Assembly: GCA_902559985.1 (NCBI GenBank)
Contig: CACEJY010000004.1
Location: 1,372-65,371 of the forward strand
Reading direction: 5' to 3'
Length of the DNA stretch: 64,000 bases
DNA from: an uncultured SAR116 cluster alpha proteobacterium
Lineage (GTDB): Bacteria; Pseudomonadota; Alphaproteobacteria; Puniceispirillales; Puniceispirillaceae
Below are positions 46,902 through 57,203 of the stretch, one piece after another (positions within the stretch are counted from its first letter, which is position 1; each line of letters starts with the position of its first letter). A program made the position numbers and the translations under genes. The notes under the pieces were generated by a model that saw only the letters and a list, made by a program, of their open reading frames with translations, was not told where the DNA came from and made no database searches.

Positions 46902-48509
46902 TCACGATTCATGCAGAATCATATCAGCCGCTTTCTCAGCTATCATATAGGTTGGCGCATTAGTATTTGCCGAAGTGATTAACGGCATTATTGATGCGTC
47001 AACAACCCTCAAACCCCTGACACCGTTAACTTTCAGGCTAGGCGCAACAACAGCATGTTTGTCAACGCCCATCCTACATGTTCCAACAGGATGGTAAACT
47101 GTACCACCACCCGCACGAATTGCATCAAGGATTTGATCATCACTCTGGATTTTTTTACCAGGAACAATCTCAGTTTGCCAAAGGTCACGGAATTTTGGTT
47201 GTTGATAAATTTCCCTGAGAATTTTAATTCCCTCCACCATTGTTTTCTGGTCAAGTTCATCAGATAGGTAATTTGGTTCAATCAGCGGGTCGTCAGTCGG
47301 ATTTGATGATCTTATTTCAAGTGACCCCCTAGATTTTGGATGACATTGCCAAATTGCAGAAGTAAATCCCGAATAGGTGTGTAACGGTTCACCCGGCTTG
47401 TCGACCGACAATGGCATGACAAAAAGCTGCAGATCCGGTTTGGAAGATGGAGCATGACGGGTTCGCATCGCTCCACCAACTTGACCAGCGCCAATTGTCA
47501 GCGGTCCCCGTCCCCTCAACGCCCAGCTAAGACCCATTTTTGCCAATTCTATAGGATTTCTGATTTGTTTATTTAACGAATTGTTGGATCCCATTTCAAC
47601 AACTGTCCGCATCTGATAATGGTCTTGCAGATTTTTGCCAACATTAGGGCTTTCAGCTATAATCTCAACACCGCAGCGCTTCAAAACTGGAGCCGGCCCG
47701 ATCCCTGAGACCTGGAGAATTTGTGGCGACTGAATAGAGCCGGCGGAGAGTATTACCTCGGATTCAGAAAATAGTTTATGTCTTTTCCCATTGGCAAGCA
47801 CCTCGACTCCGACAGCAACCTTATCTTTGAATAATACTCGCTCAGTAAACACCTTCGTCATGATAGTCAGGTTTTTACGATGTTGCACTGGCTTTAAAAA
47901 TGCACTGGCTGAGCTACTTCTCCACCTTGATCCAATTGAGAGATGATATTCACCAACTCCCTCAGTGGTTTCTGCATTGAAATCTGAATTTCGAGGCAAA
48001 CCATATTGTGTTGCTGCATCTAGCCATGCATTGCAATAAGGGTGGCTGTTTCTCAACTCCGAGACTTGCAGTTCTCCATGATGTCCATGAAATTGTGAGT
48101 TGGCTCCGTTAAAACATTCGAATTTTCTAAAATAGGGCAGAACATCGTTGAATGCCCAGCCTGAATTACCAAGAGCTGCCCAGTCATCAAAATCTTTGTG
48201 TTGGCCTCGAATAAAAATTAAGCCGTTTATGCTACTGGAACCGCCAATTACGCGTCCCCTTGGCCAGTTAATTGATCGCCCACCCGATCCTACGCTCGGC
48301 TCTGTGGCAAAGTGTCGAGATACTTTAGGGTTGTTCATTGTTTTATAGTAGCCAACTGGCAATTTCAGCCAAAAGCCTCCATCCCAATCACCAGCCTCTA
48401 GGAGAAGGACACGGTTTGAGACCTTCGCAGACAATCTGTTGGCCAGAAGGCACCCCGCAGACCCTGCGCCCACGATGATATGGGTAAATTTAACTTCGCC
48501 AAAGTCCAT
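46902..48509 (-). CDS. GMC family FAD oxidoreductase (choline dehydrogenase-like)
   Basis: GAGSAG, PRGRVIGGSSSING, VGKNLQDH, YHPVGTCRMG, NTNAP. Confidence 0.92.
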   Translation of the reverse strand: MDFGEVKFTHIIVGAGSAGCLLANRLSAKVSNRVLLLEAGDWDGGFWLKLPVGYYKTMNNPKVSRHFATEPSVGSGGRSINWPRGRVIGGSSSINGLIFIRGQHKDFDDWAALGNSGWAFNDVLPYFRKFECFNGANSQFHGHHGELQVSELRNSHPYCNAWLDAATQYGLPRNSDFNAETTEGVGEYHLSIGSRWRSSSASAFLKPVQHRKNLTIMTKVFTERVLFKDKVAVGVEVLANGKRHKLFSESEVILSAGSIQSPQILQVSGIGPAPVLKRCGVEIIAESPNVGKNLQDHYQMRTVVEMGSNNSLNKQIRNPIELAKMGLSWALRGRGPLTIGAGQVGGAMRTRHAPSSKPDLQLFVMPLSVDKPGEPLHTYSGFTSAIWQCHPKSRGSLEIRSSNPTDDPLIEPNYLSDELDQKTMVEGIKILREIYQQPKFRDLWQTEIVPGKKIQSDDQILDAIRAGGGTVYHPVGTCRMGVDKHAVVAPSLKVNGVRGLRVVDASIMPLITSANTNAPTYMIAEKAADMILHES

Positions 48510-48601
48510 GATAAATATCTAAACATTCTATTATTATTATGTTAATGTTTTACACGCTGATTGTTTTGTCTGGCAAGCCCTTTCGGTAAAGGATAAATGA
48601 C

Positions 48602-49378
48602 ATGACAAAGTTCCAACAGAGCAAAGTGAGCCCGTTATCTGCCAAATCAAATACCACAGCTATTAGTGCTGCTGGACCACTACCTTTGTATTATCAGCTT
48701 TATGAAACCCTCCGGTCACAAATCCTCGATGGAATTTGGACCAATGGTGATTTCTTTCCTCCCATCACCGTTTTGGCTTCAGAGTTCAACATGGCCACAG
48801 TGACCGTTCGCCAAGCGCTAAACTTGTTGCAAAAAGATGGATTAGTTAACTCACAACGTGGACGCGGTACGGTCATCACCTCGTCTTTTACAGCGCCACA
48901 ACCGTTTCAGCTTGAGTCAACAGTTACTGAAATTCTTGACCTCTATGCTGAAGACAGTCCAGAAGTTGAAACGATTGATGAAGGTGTCCGGATGCCACCC
49001 GTCATAGCAAATGATTTCCGTCTTTTTCCTTCTTATTTCTTTATTAAACGGGCGCATATCCGAAATGGTGAACGCTATTGCCTCATAACACTATTTCTAG
49101 CCGAATCCATATTCCGCAATAACGAAAATGAGTTTCGTAATAATCTAGCTCTGCCCGTCCTTTTCTCATTGGACAATATTGACATCAAGCGAGCCTGGCA
49201 GTCATTAAAACTTGAAAAGGCGGACCATTCGACATCGACAGTCCTAAAGTTGCCCGGTGGTGATCCCATCGCCCATGTAACAAGATATATCACTAATACG
49301 ATGAATGAACTTGTCTATTTTGCAGATGTTCGATACCGCGCGGACGCCATTCAATACAACATGGAGCTTAAAATATGA
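48602..49378 (+). CDS. GntR family regulator (HutC/UTRA subfamily)
   Basis: PLYYQL, LASEF...TVRQAL..L..DG......GRGT HTH; UTRA-like C-terminus. Confidence 0.88.
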   Translation: MTKFQQSKVSPLSAKSNTTAISAAGPLPLYYQLYETLRSQILDGIWTNGDFFPPITVLASEFNMATVTVRQALNLLQKDGLVNSQRGRGTVITSSFTAPQPFQLESTVTEILDLYAEDSPEVETIDEGVRMPPVIANDFRLFPSYFFIKRAHIRNGERYCLITLFLAESIFRNNENEFRNNLALPVLFSLDNIDIKRAWQSLKLEKADHSTSTVLKLPGGDPIAHVTRYITNTMNELVYFADVRYRADAIQYNMELKI

Positions 49379-50493
49379 TCAAAGTCAGCAACCTCGATGT
49401 AATGGTTTACCGCTTCCCGCTTACTACACCAGTCCAAACTTCATTTGGTTTAATGCAAGACCGGCCGATGGTGCTAGTTAAGTTGACCAGCGATGAAGGC
49501 ATTACCGGGTGGGGTGAAATATGGTGTAACTTTCCTAATGTAGGCGCCGAACATCGTGCCCATTTGGTTCGTAGTGTTTTTTCGCCGTTGGTTTTATCAA
49601 CTGCGCATGAGACTCCCAAATCGGCATTTGATTTTCTGACCAAAGCAACATGGGTTCTTGGCCTACAAACGGGTGAAACTGGGCCGCTGGCGCAATGTAT
49701 CGCTGGCATTGAGATTGCGTTATCCGATATTTTTGGTAAACAAAAAGGAATGCCATTGTGGAAGCTTTATGGCGGCAAAAAAGGAGATGTTCCGGTTTAC
49801 GCCAGTGGTATTAATCCGACAAACCCAACCAAAATTGCCAGCACTGCTGTCGAGCTTGGCTATCGTGGGCTTAAATTAAAAATTGGATTTGATAAGAAAA
49901 AAGACTGTGAAAACCTTGCTGCTTTGAGACAAATTGCTGGTGATGAGGTAAGACTTATGGCCGATGCCAATCAGGCTTGGGAGCTTGATGAGGCCCTCAT
50001 CATGTTTGATGCTTTGGCAGAATTCGATCTTGATTGGTTGGAAGAGCCAATCGCCGCTGATCGCCCAAAACAGGAATGGGAAAATTTGAAGCAAACCGCA
50101 CCAATGCCGATAGCAGCTGGCGAGAATATTCAGGGTGAACAGGAGTTTGCGATCGTCATAAATGAAAATATTCTGAGTGTTATTCAACCCGATCTCGCAA
50201 AATGGGGTGGCCTGAGCAAAACCATTCAAATTGCCAGAAGCATTATCGCTTCAGGTAAACGCTATTGTCCCCATTATCTTGGCGGTGGTATTGGACTGAT
50301 TGCTTCGGCGCATGCGCTTGCAGCTGTTGGCGGAGACGGAATTTTGGAGGTTGATATTAATCCAAACCCCTTACGCACTGAATTGGTTGGTGACATGTTG
50401 ACAGCAACTCCCGGGGTGGCAAGTCTTGGGCCTATGCCTGGGCTTGGATATGAGCCTGATCTTGCCCCATTGAAAGATTACCACGTGCTGTAA
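49375..50493 (+). CDS. mandelate racemase / muconate lactonising enzyme family (enolase superfamily)
   Basis: GWGE, LKLKIG (KxK), DANQ, EEP, GEN, QPD..K.GG, CPH. Confidence 0.9.
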   Translation: MIKVSNLDVMVYRFPLTTPVQTSFGLMQDRPMVLVKLTSDEGITGWGEIWCNFPNVGAEHRAHLVRSVFSPLVLSTAHETPKSAFDFLTKATWVLGLQTGETGPLAQCIAGIEIALSDIFGKQKGMPLWKLYGGKKGDVPVYASGINPTNPTKIASTAVELGYRGLKLKIGFDKKKDCENLAALRQIAGDEVRLMADANQAWELDEALIMFDALAEFDLDWLEEPIAADRPKQEWENLKQTAPMPIAAGENIQGEQEFAIVINENILSVIQPDLAKWGGLSKTIQIARSIIASGKRYCPHYLGGGIGLIASAHALAAVGGDGILEVDINPNPLRTELVGDMLTATPGVASLGPMPGLGYEPDLAPLKDYHVL

Positions 50494-50556
50494 ATAGGCA
50501 GCCCCAGCAGGGAGCTAACTGTTCAATAGTTATTGGTGAGATATTTCGTTGCTAAT

Positions 50557-52071
50557 CTATTTTTTTATTGACGGCGTTTTAAAACCAAAGCGGCTGAAGG
50601 CTTCAGCAGGCGCGTCTAACCGTACCATATTTTGGATAATCAGTTGGCGCATATATTCGGTTTTCACAGGGTCATCGATAGGGATTTCTTGCCTTGGGTC
50701 ATTTTGCAAATCGAATAGTTGAGACTGCTGATCAGCAAATGGCATGCCTTGCACCTCAACCGGCATGCCATCTTCATCCATCTTTGGCGGCAGCCTTAAA
50801 ACCGGAACGCCTTTGGTGAAAGAAAACGACGGATGCAGGGTTGCACCCAACAGTTCAGTGATTGAAAAGCGCGTTGTCATTCTAGTTGGCATCAACGTGT
50901 ATTCAAATAGGTGCTCTGCCGCATCTACAACGGGATAATGAAAATAGCTATAACGCCCATCACAAATATTTATTGCAGCACCAAAATAACCGAAGATCAG
51001 GCTGTCTCGCTTGTCCGCGTCTTCGGCTAGGACTTTTATCAAGGACCTGCCAGTAACATCCTTGGGGATGGCTTGCCCTGCAATGTCCAAGATAGTTGGC
51101 ATAAGATCCGACGTTTGGGTGAGCGAGCAACGACGCGTCCCTCCTTCATCGGCAAAATTGGGATGATAAATCATTAGGGGTATATGCGCTATTTCATCAT
51201 ATACAGGCATTCGGTTCTTTGCCCACCAATCATGTTCACCCAGCAAAAAGCCGTGATCAGTTGTTAAAATCAAAGCTGTGTCCGACCAAAGATCATGCGC
51301 ATCGAAGAAGTCCAGCAAACGACCGAAATATTCATCCGTCATCGTAACAAGCGCCGAATAATTAGCCCGAAGTTCGGCAATTTCTTCTGGCGTTTCGGTG
51401 ACACGGTCATAAATTGGCCAGTCCAGAATTGGTCCGTTATAATTTGTTGGATAAAGTTCTCGAAATCTAGATGGCGCGTGAAACGGTTCATGCGGGTCAA
51501 AACACTCAAGCTGTAATAGCCAACTATCCACCCCGTGGTTCTTACACAAAAAATCATTAGCCATTTTGAACAATTGTGGGGCACAATAGTCTTCTTCATT
51601 TCTCATATACTTGCGGTTAATCATATAGTTAGTTCGATGATGTTGAACTGGGTGGTACTCTGACCGTAATTTATCAAAGTCAGGCTTAACCTCGGCTTTC
51701 CAACGGTCAATGGCTTGGCCACGCACCAGTTCCCAAGAGGAAAAACGCTGATGATAAGTAGCGCCACCATCGGCAAAATAATGATGGTGATCGGTAATCA
51801 GGTGGCTGTAGAAACCATTTTGTTTCAGCAATTCGGGGAACGAATCATCAAACGGCTCCAACGGCCCCCAACTGCGATGCAAAAAATGATTTCGGCCTGT
51901 ATGGAGGTCTCGCCGCGCAGGCATGCATGGTAAACTGCCGACATAATGATTGTCGAAGGTTACTGCGCGCTCTCCAAAACGATTAAAGTTTGGTGTACGC
52001 ACGACATTAGATCCATAGGGCTCCATCGCGTTACGGTTCAGCGAGTCAAAGAGTACAAAAACAATTTTCAT
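50557..52071 (-). CDS. Cys-type sulfatase (alkaline phosphatase superfamily)
   Basis: FDS, CMPARRDLHTGR (CxPxR), FDPHEP, TDHG; no signal peptide. Confidence 0.9.
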   Translation of the reverse strand: MKIVFVLFDSLNRNAMEPYGSNVVRTPNFNRFGERAVTFDNHYVGSLPCMPARRDLHTGRNHFLHRSWGPLEPFDDSFPELLKQNGFYSHLITDHHHYFADGGATYHQRFSSWELVRGQAIDRWKAEVKPDFDKLRSEYHPVQHHRTNYMINRKYMRNEEDYCAPQLFKMANDFLCKNHGVDSWLLQLECFDPHEPFHAPSRFRELYPTNYNGPILDWPIYDRVTETPEEIAELRANYSALVTMTDEYFGRLLDFFDAHDLWSDTALILTTDHGFLLGEHDWWAKNRMPVYDEIAHIPLMIYHPNFADEGGTRRCSLTQTSDLMPTILDIAGQAIPKDVTGRSLIKVLAEDADKRDSLIFGYFGAAINICDGRYSYFHYPVVDAAEHLFEYTLMPTRMTTRFSITELLGATLHPSFSFTKGVPVLRLPPKMDEDGMPVEVQGMPFADQQSQLFDLQNDPRQEIPIDDPVKTEYMRQLIIQNMVRLDAPAEAFSRFGFKTPSIKK

Positions 52072-52173
52072 CAGTAGCCCACGCTTCACTCTTTAAAATT
52101 GAGTTGATTAGAGTTTTATAACAAATATAGAACAGCTCTTCAGGGGGTCGAGCCTAATTATGACTCACTTCCT

Positions 52174-53481
52174 CTACTGAATAAATGCAAGCGAGAGCGC
52201 GGGAGCATATGCCAAGAGGATTGCAACGCATATCATTGAAAAAACGAATGGCAATGCATGTTTTGCAACATCCATTATTGGTTCACCTGTCACACCGGAT
52301 ATAACGAACAAATTTAACCCAATTGGTGGAGTAACAAAGCCAATACCCAGTGAGGTTACCATCACAATACAAAAGTGGATGTCGTGCATCCCAATTTCCT
52401 GCGCAAGGGGAAACAGCACTGGCCCCATCAGCACAATGTTAGGGACGGCTTCCATGACACAGCCAGCAATTATAAAGAGCACGAGCATTAATAGAACAAT
52501 AATCGCATAACTATCTGTCATTGCCAGCACGTTCTCTATGATCCATTGGGGAATATTCAACGCTCCCAGAGCTTCAGCTAACGGCAATGAGAGCGCAACC
52601 GTAGGTAGAATCACCCCATTTACTTTAGCAGAACTGATCAACATTTTTGGAATATCCGACAAAGATATTGTCTTTAAATAAAACCCAACTGCTAACGTCG
52701 TTACCACTGCTACAGACGCAGCTTCTGTTGGGGTAAAAACACCAGAATAAATTCCACCCAAAATAATAAAAGGAATTGTTAGCGCAAATCGACCATCCCA
52801 AATTGCTTCGACCCACCTAGTAAACGAAAATGCCTTTCCCGCATTCTCATAATTACGGCGACGATTCATAAAAACGTTGGTCAACATTATAGACACGAGA
52901 ATTAAAGTCCCGGGAATTACAGCAGCAACAAACAAAGTTGCAGTGGAAACACCTAAAACTAATCCGATTACGATATAAGCTATAGATGGCGGTATCAGAA
53001 TGCCCGTACAGGCGCCAGATGCCACTAATGCCGCAGCGTATGCTCTCGGGTAACCAGACGTCACAAGACGATCAATTGTCATTCTTCCCACAGAGGCACA
53101 ACCAGCAGCATCGGAACCTGAAATACAGGAAAAGAATCCACATCCAAGGACGGTTGAAGTGCCAAATCCAGAACGGAAGCTTCCTGCCGTAGCCTCCGCA
53201 ACAGATAACAACTTATTAGATAAGCCAGTCCTAACAAGCGCATCCCCAGTTAAAATAAACAATGGAACGGCTAATAGCGCAAACGCATCCATTCCTTCAA
53301 AAAGGGTTTCACCCAAAAGACTAAGTGGGAGGACATCTGTGAAATAAAGTAAAGCGGATACACCTATACCCATAGAGACCCACATGGGGATACCAAGCCC
53401 CATTAGGACCACAATTGCAATCAGCGGTAGAGTTATACCCCACGTCCACTCTACATTGGCTCCAATAGTGGTGTAGTACAT
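52174..53481 (-). CDS. TRAP transporter large permease (DctM)
   Basis: LLAVPLFIL.G, ISGS, GILIPPS, FTPTEA, TPPIGLNLFV. Confidence 0.93.
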   Translation of the reverse strand: MYYTTIGANVEWTWGITLPLIAIVVLMGLGIPMWVSMGIGVSALLYFTDVLPLSLLGETLFEGMDAFALLAVPLFILTGDALVRTGLSNKLLSVAEATAGSFRSGFGTSTVLGCGFFSCISGSDAAGCASVGRMTIDRLVTSGYPRAYAAALVASGACTGILIPPSIAYIVIGLVLGVSTATLFVAAVIPGTLILVSIMLTNVFMNRRRNYENAGKAFSFTRWVEAIWDGRFALTIPFIILGGIYSGVFTPTEAASVAVVTTLAVGFYLKTISLSDIPKMLISSAKVNGVILPTVALSLPLAEALGALNIPQWIIENVLAMTDSYAIIVLLMLVLFIIAGCVMEAVPNIVLMGPVLFPLAQEIGMHDIHFCIVMVTSLGIGFVTPPIGLNLFVISGVTGEPIMDVAKHALPFVFSMICVAILLAYAPALSLAFIQ

Positions 53482-53490
53482 CGATAGGCC

Positions 53491-54003
53491 CTAACTAAAC
53501 ATTTTGTCACCTGAATAAACAGGTAAGTTATTTTTTATATTTTTAACATCTAGGTAGACGCGCTGAACAATTCTAACCATTAATAGTGAGAGGCCAAAAG
53601 GCACTGCAAAAGTAAACCATGCTTGGCTAACCCGCAGGCCACTGGTCAAAGTTTCAAACTTCATTGTAAGCAAAACACCCTCAGCAGAATAATAGATTGC
53701 TAGGGCCGCAAAAACAAAAGTTATGACCTCGCCAGCTATGTAAAAATAAGCTTTCTTCTTCTCAGACAAAAATTGAAAAATAATATCTATTCTAATGTGA
53801 GATCGGTCCCGGATAGCCGCTGAAGCACCAAGCCAAACCAAATAAATAAAAGCGTATCTTGCAGTTTCTTCCGCCCATATGGATGAGTAACTGAAAACAA
53901 ACCGTCGAATCACCTCCACAAACACGATGGCCACAATGTGTGAATAAAGCGCAAACATCAGCCAACGCTCAAAATTCTCATCCAACAATCTCAAAAATTT
54001 CAT
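53491..54003 (-). CDS. TRAP transporter small permease (DctQ)
   Basis: EV.RRF, WAEE.ARY, HIRID; 4 TM segments. Confidence 0.92.
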   Translation of the reverse strand: MKFLRLLDENFERWLMFALYSHIVAIVFVEVIRRFVFSYSSIWAEETARYAFIYLVWLGASAAIRDRSHIRIDIIFQFLSEKKKAYFYIAGEVITFVFAALAIYYSAEGVLLTMKFETLTSGLRVSQAWFTFAVPFGLSLLMVRIVQRVYLDVKNIKNNLPVYSGDKMFS

Positions 54004-54027
54004 AAGTTTATCCCAAAGCCATTAACA

Positions 54028-54067
54028 AGCGCCGCCACCAATTGGAGCTTTTCCCGATGGCGGCGCT
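54028..54067 (-). terminator. stem-loop after TRAP SBP gene
   Basis: AGCGCCGCCA/TGGCGGCGCT 10-bp perfect stem. Confidence 0.55.
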
Positions 54068-54075
54068 AAATTTTT

Positions 54076-55236
54076 TTATATAGAATCAATAATATAACGT
54101 GGATTTATTGTTCCAGCTGCTTCACGCAGCTTTTCAAACACATCTAAAGACCCAGCAAACTTAATCTTAAACTGATCGTACTCTGGCCTCTGATGTCCAG
54201 CAAGCTCAATAACCTCAGCAAGTGCATCTGCACTTAACTTATGAAATTGCACACCTGATTTCATCATATCTGCTTTTGCATACGACTCTGCTGCCGGCAT
54301 CTTTGCATATGCCTGACGGGAGGTAACGTCAGATGCATAATCTAACGCCTCACGGACATTTGCTGGCAAATTATTGTACCATTCAAGATTACAACTATAG
54401 ACTTGGCCTCCATGGACACTATTCGCAAGTGTAATATGAGCGAGAACATCATGAAACTTGGCATTCCAGAGTGCTGTCACGGTAACATCCATGGCGTCAG
54501 CGACTCCCTGCTTCATTGCAGAGGCGGTCTCACCCCAAGCAACAGGTGTGGGGCTAGCTCCAAGCAATCTTACAAACTGCTGAAGCATTGGTGAACCGGG
54601 AACTCTGAACTTGACCCCCTGCAGATCTGAAGCTTTTAATATTGGGGACATACCTCGGCGGACAGAAAACGTCCGAGCTCCATTTGAAGGATACCAAAGA
54701 ACTTTAAAGCCTGCTTTAGCCAGTTTTGGGTCAACGGTATCTCTCCAAGTTTGAGAAGTAACCAAACTGACATAACTTTGATTGTCCGCACTCCAATATG
54801 GGATGTTAATTAAGTCAACAGGTGGACAAAAAGGAGCAAGATTAGATATTGAGTGCTGGCCAGCCTGGATCACTCCTTTTTGCACTTTGTTGGCAAGAAC
54901 TTTACCAACACCAAACTTCCTACTATGACCAAGATTAACGTAAATGGCTCCATTCGTAATATTTTGAATGTTTTCTTTGAAGTCTAGCTGCATCGCAGCC
55001 ATACCACGGGAAGAACCCAAAGTTGATTGAGTCCCAATTATCATCTCATGTTTTGCTGCGGCCTTGCGCTCTTTTTCTTCTTTAGCAGTAAAGGCTTGCG
55101 CCTCATCAGACATGAGAGTTCCAGCACTGGCAGCAACTATAGCCGTTGTAAAACCGTATTTTGCAGAAGCTCTCAAAAACTGCCTTCTCTCGAGTGAATC
55201 AGTCCCTAAGCTATCCGTTGATTTAATCTTACTCAT
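54076..55236 (-). CDS. TRAP substrate-binding protein (DctP) with Tat signal
   Basis: ERRQFL twin-arginine; KFRVPGS conserved Arg; PTPVAWGE; start ATG 55236 after AAGGAGG. Confidence 0.88.
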   Translation of the reverse strand: MSKIKSTDSLGTDSLERRQFLRASAKYGFTTAIVAASAGTLMSDEAQAFTAKEEKERKAAAKHEMIIGTQSTLGSSRGMAAMQLDFKENIQNITNGAIYVNLGHSRKFGVGKVLANKVQKGVIQAGQHSISNLAPFCPPVDLINIPYWSADNQSYVSLVTSQTWRDTVDPKLAKAGFKVLWYPSNGARTFSVRRGMSPILKASDLQGVKFRVPGSPMLQQFVRLLGASPTPVAWGETASAMKQGVADAMDVTVTALWNAKFHDVLAHITLANSVHGGQVYSCNLEWYNNLPANVREALDYASDVTSRQAYAKMPAAESYAKADMMKSGVQFHKLSADALAEVIELAGHQRPEYDQFKIKFAGSLDVFEKLREAAGTINPRYIIDSI

Positions 55237-55486
55237 GGTTTTCCTCCTTACCATTTTGATTTTGTACCAAAAGGCTTTCTTTAAGCAATGAGCAAACGGA
55301 AAAGAACATTATCATTACACCAAACAATAAAAACTCATTTACACCGTTTATAGGTGCAACAATGCTTAGTTTTTTCAAATGCAGATATTTGCCTATTGCT
55401 ATGTTAGTAAAGAATGCAATCAGAAAAAACATCGAGCACCAGCCAGCAACAGAAGCGATGATACTTTTAGTTCGCGTGTTAATCAA
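55229..55486 (-). CDS. small two-TM membrane protein coupled to TRAP operon
   Basis: Two hydrophobic stretches, GVNEFLL motif; overlaps the SBP start by 8 nt; probable TTG start 55486 after GGGGAG (ORF track 55510). Confidence 0.65.
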   Translation of the reverse strand: MINTRTKSIIASVAGWCSMFFLIAFFTNIAIGKYLHLKKLSIVAPINGVNEFLLFGVMIMFFSVCSLLKESLLVQNQNGKEENHE

Positions 55487-55652
55487 AATACTCCCCCTAC
55501 CCAACGTCATTGTTTTTCATGATAAAACATAGTTTTAGTTTTTTCTTATATTGCCTAAGTGTCAATAGTTTTCTAATTTTGGTGTGGCTCATATAGGCTG
55601 CAAGAACGCAAAAATGCCGGGTTTTGCGTGAGGAAATTGAAGGAATAAAAAA

Positions 55653-57182
55653 ATGAAAATGGTGTTTGTACTATTTGACTCTTTGGTAAAAAAGGCGATG
55701 GGTTGCTATGGTGGTAGCCATATTAAAACACCAAATTTTGACAACTTTTCAAAGCGCGCTGTCACTTTTGAAAATCATTACGTAGGCAGCTTACCATGCA
55801 TGCCTGCTCGTCGTGATTTACACACTGGCCGCTTAAATTTTTTACACCGCAGCTGGGGGCCCCTTGAGCCTTTTGACGATTCATTTTCAGAAATTTTGAG
55901 AAAATCAGGAACCCACACACATCTGATCACTGATCATTATCACTACTTTGAAGACGGTGGTTCCACTTATCACAACCGATACACTACCTGGGATTTCATT
56001 CGAGGTCAGGAATGGGATAAATGGAAAGCAATGGTGCAACCACCCCTTGATCGATTTAAAGAAAAATATCACCCCATCCAGCATCCAACTCACGATAAAG
56101 ATCCATATTCCGACGGCCGGCTACAGGGAATGATAAATCGTGAGGCCTACAAAGAAGAGCATGAGTATTGTTGCCCAAAATCTTTTGAATCCGCTTTCAG
56201 CTTTCTAGACGAAAATTGCAATCAGGATAATTGGCTTTTGCACTTAGAATGTTTTGATCCTCACGAACCTTTCACCGCTCCGGAACGTTTTAAAGAGCGT
56301 TACAAGACTGGGTACAAGGGACCAATTTTTGATTGGCCTCGTTATAAACGCGCGGATGCAGATGACATTTTGACCGCTGAAATGAAAGCTAATTATGCGG
56401 CTTTGGTAAGCATGTGTGATGAATATTTTGGAAAGTTAATCGCGTATTTTGATGAACATGACCTTTGGAAAGACACAGCACTTCTTCTCACAACCGATCA
56501 CGGTTTCATGCTAGAGGAGCACGAGTGGTGGGGCAAAAACCGAATGCCTTTCTTTAATGAAATAGCTAATATTCCCCTAATTTTTTACCACCCACATTTT
56601 GCTAACCTCTCTGGGTCACGTCAGAAAACACTGACGCAAACCACTGATCTTATGCCAACCATTTTAGAAATGTTTGGTGAAACACCTTCCTCTTTAGTTG
56701 AAGGAAAATCCCTTGTCCCCGTGCTCGCTAAAAACAAAAAAATTCGTGAGGCTTTAATGTACGGAATGTTTGGTGCCGGTACTAATGTTACGGACGGAAA
56801 ATACACCTATTTTAAGTATCCCGATGACATGACAAAAACAGATCTGTTCGACTATACATTGATGCCTATGCGACAAAAATCGCTATACGACGTTGACGTT
56901 TTGTCAGAGTCGGAGCTGGTTGACAACTTCTCATTTTCAAAGGGCGCACGCTTACTAAAAATCCCAGCACGTCGCAACGCCAAAGGACAACCAGTCGGTC
57001 ATCTTGGTCAAGGCGGCGGTTACGAGGACACTCAGACCGTACTTTATAATTTAGAGGAAGATCCAGAGCAAAACCACCCTTTCCGAGATCAAAAGATTGA
57101 AAGTAGGATGACTTTATTACTGAAGAAGCTCATGATTAAAAACGAAGCGCCGCCAGAAGCATTTATCAGGCTTAAGATTTAA
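55653..57182 (+). CDS. Cys-type sulfatase, paralogue of 50557-52071
   Basis: FDS, GSLPCMPARRDLHTGR, FDPHEP, TDHG. Confidence 0.9.
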   Translation: MKMVFVLFDSLVKKAMGCYGGSHIKTPNFDNFSKRAVTFENHYVGSLPCMPARRDLHTGRLNFLHRSWGPLEPFDDSFSEILRKSGTHTHLITDHYHYFEDGGSTYHNRYTTWDFIRGQEWDKWKAMVQPPLDRFKEKYHPIQHPTHDKDPYSDGRLQGMINREAYKEEHEYCCPKSFESAFSFLDENCNQDNWLLHLECFDPHEPFTAPERFKERYKTGYKGPIFDWPRYKRADADDILTAEMKANYAALVSMCDEYFGKLIAYFDEHDLWKDTALLLTTDHGFMLEEHEWWGKNRMPFFNEIANIPLIFYHPHFANLSGSRQKTLTQTTDLMPTILEMFGETPSSLVEGKSLVPVLAKNKKIREALMYGMFGAGTNVTDGKYTYFKYPDDMTKTDLFDYTLMPMRQKSLYDVDVLSESELVDNFSFSKGARLLKIPARRNAKGQPVGHLGQGGGYEDTQTVLYNLEEDPEQNHPFRDQKIESRMTLLLKKLMIKNEAPPEAFIRLKI

Positions 57183-57203
57183 ATAAATAGCGAGATCAAG
57201 TAG

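Noticed and set aside
46902-48509. betA choline dehydrogenase
   Set aside because: Only generic GMC motifs; the partner ALDH is SSADH-like rather than BetB, so the substrate is left open.
48521-48550. AAACATT...AATGTTT palindrome as GntR operator
   Set aside because: AT-rich low-complexity sequence with no convincing match to a HutC-type consensus.
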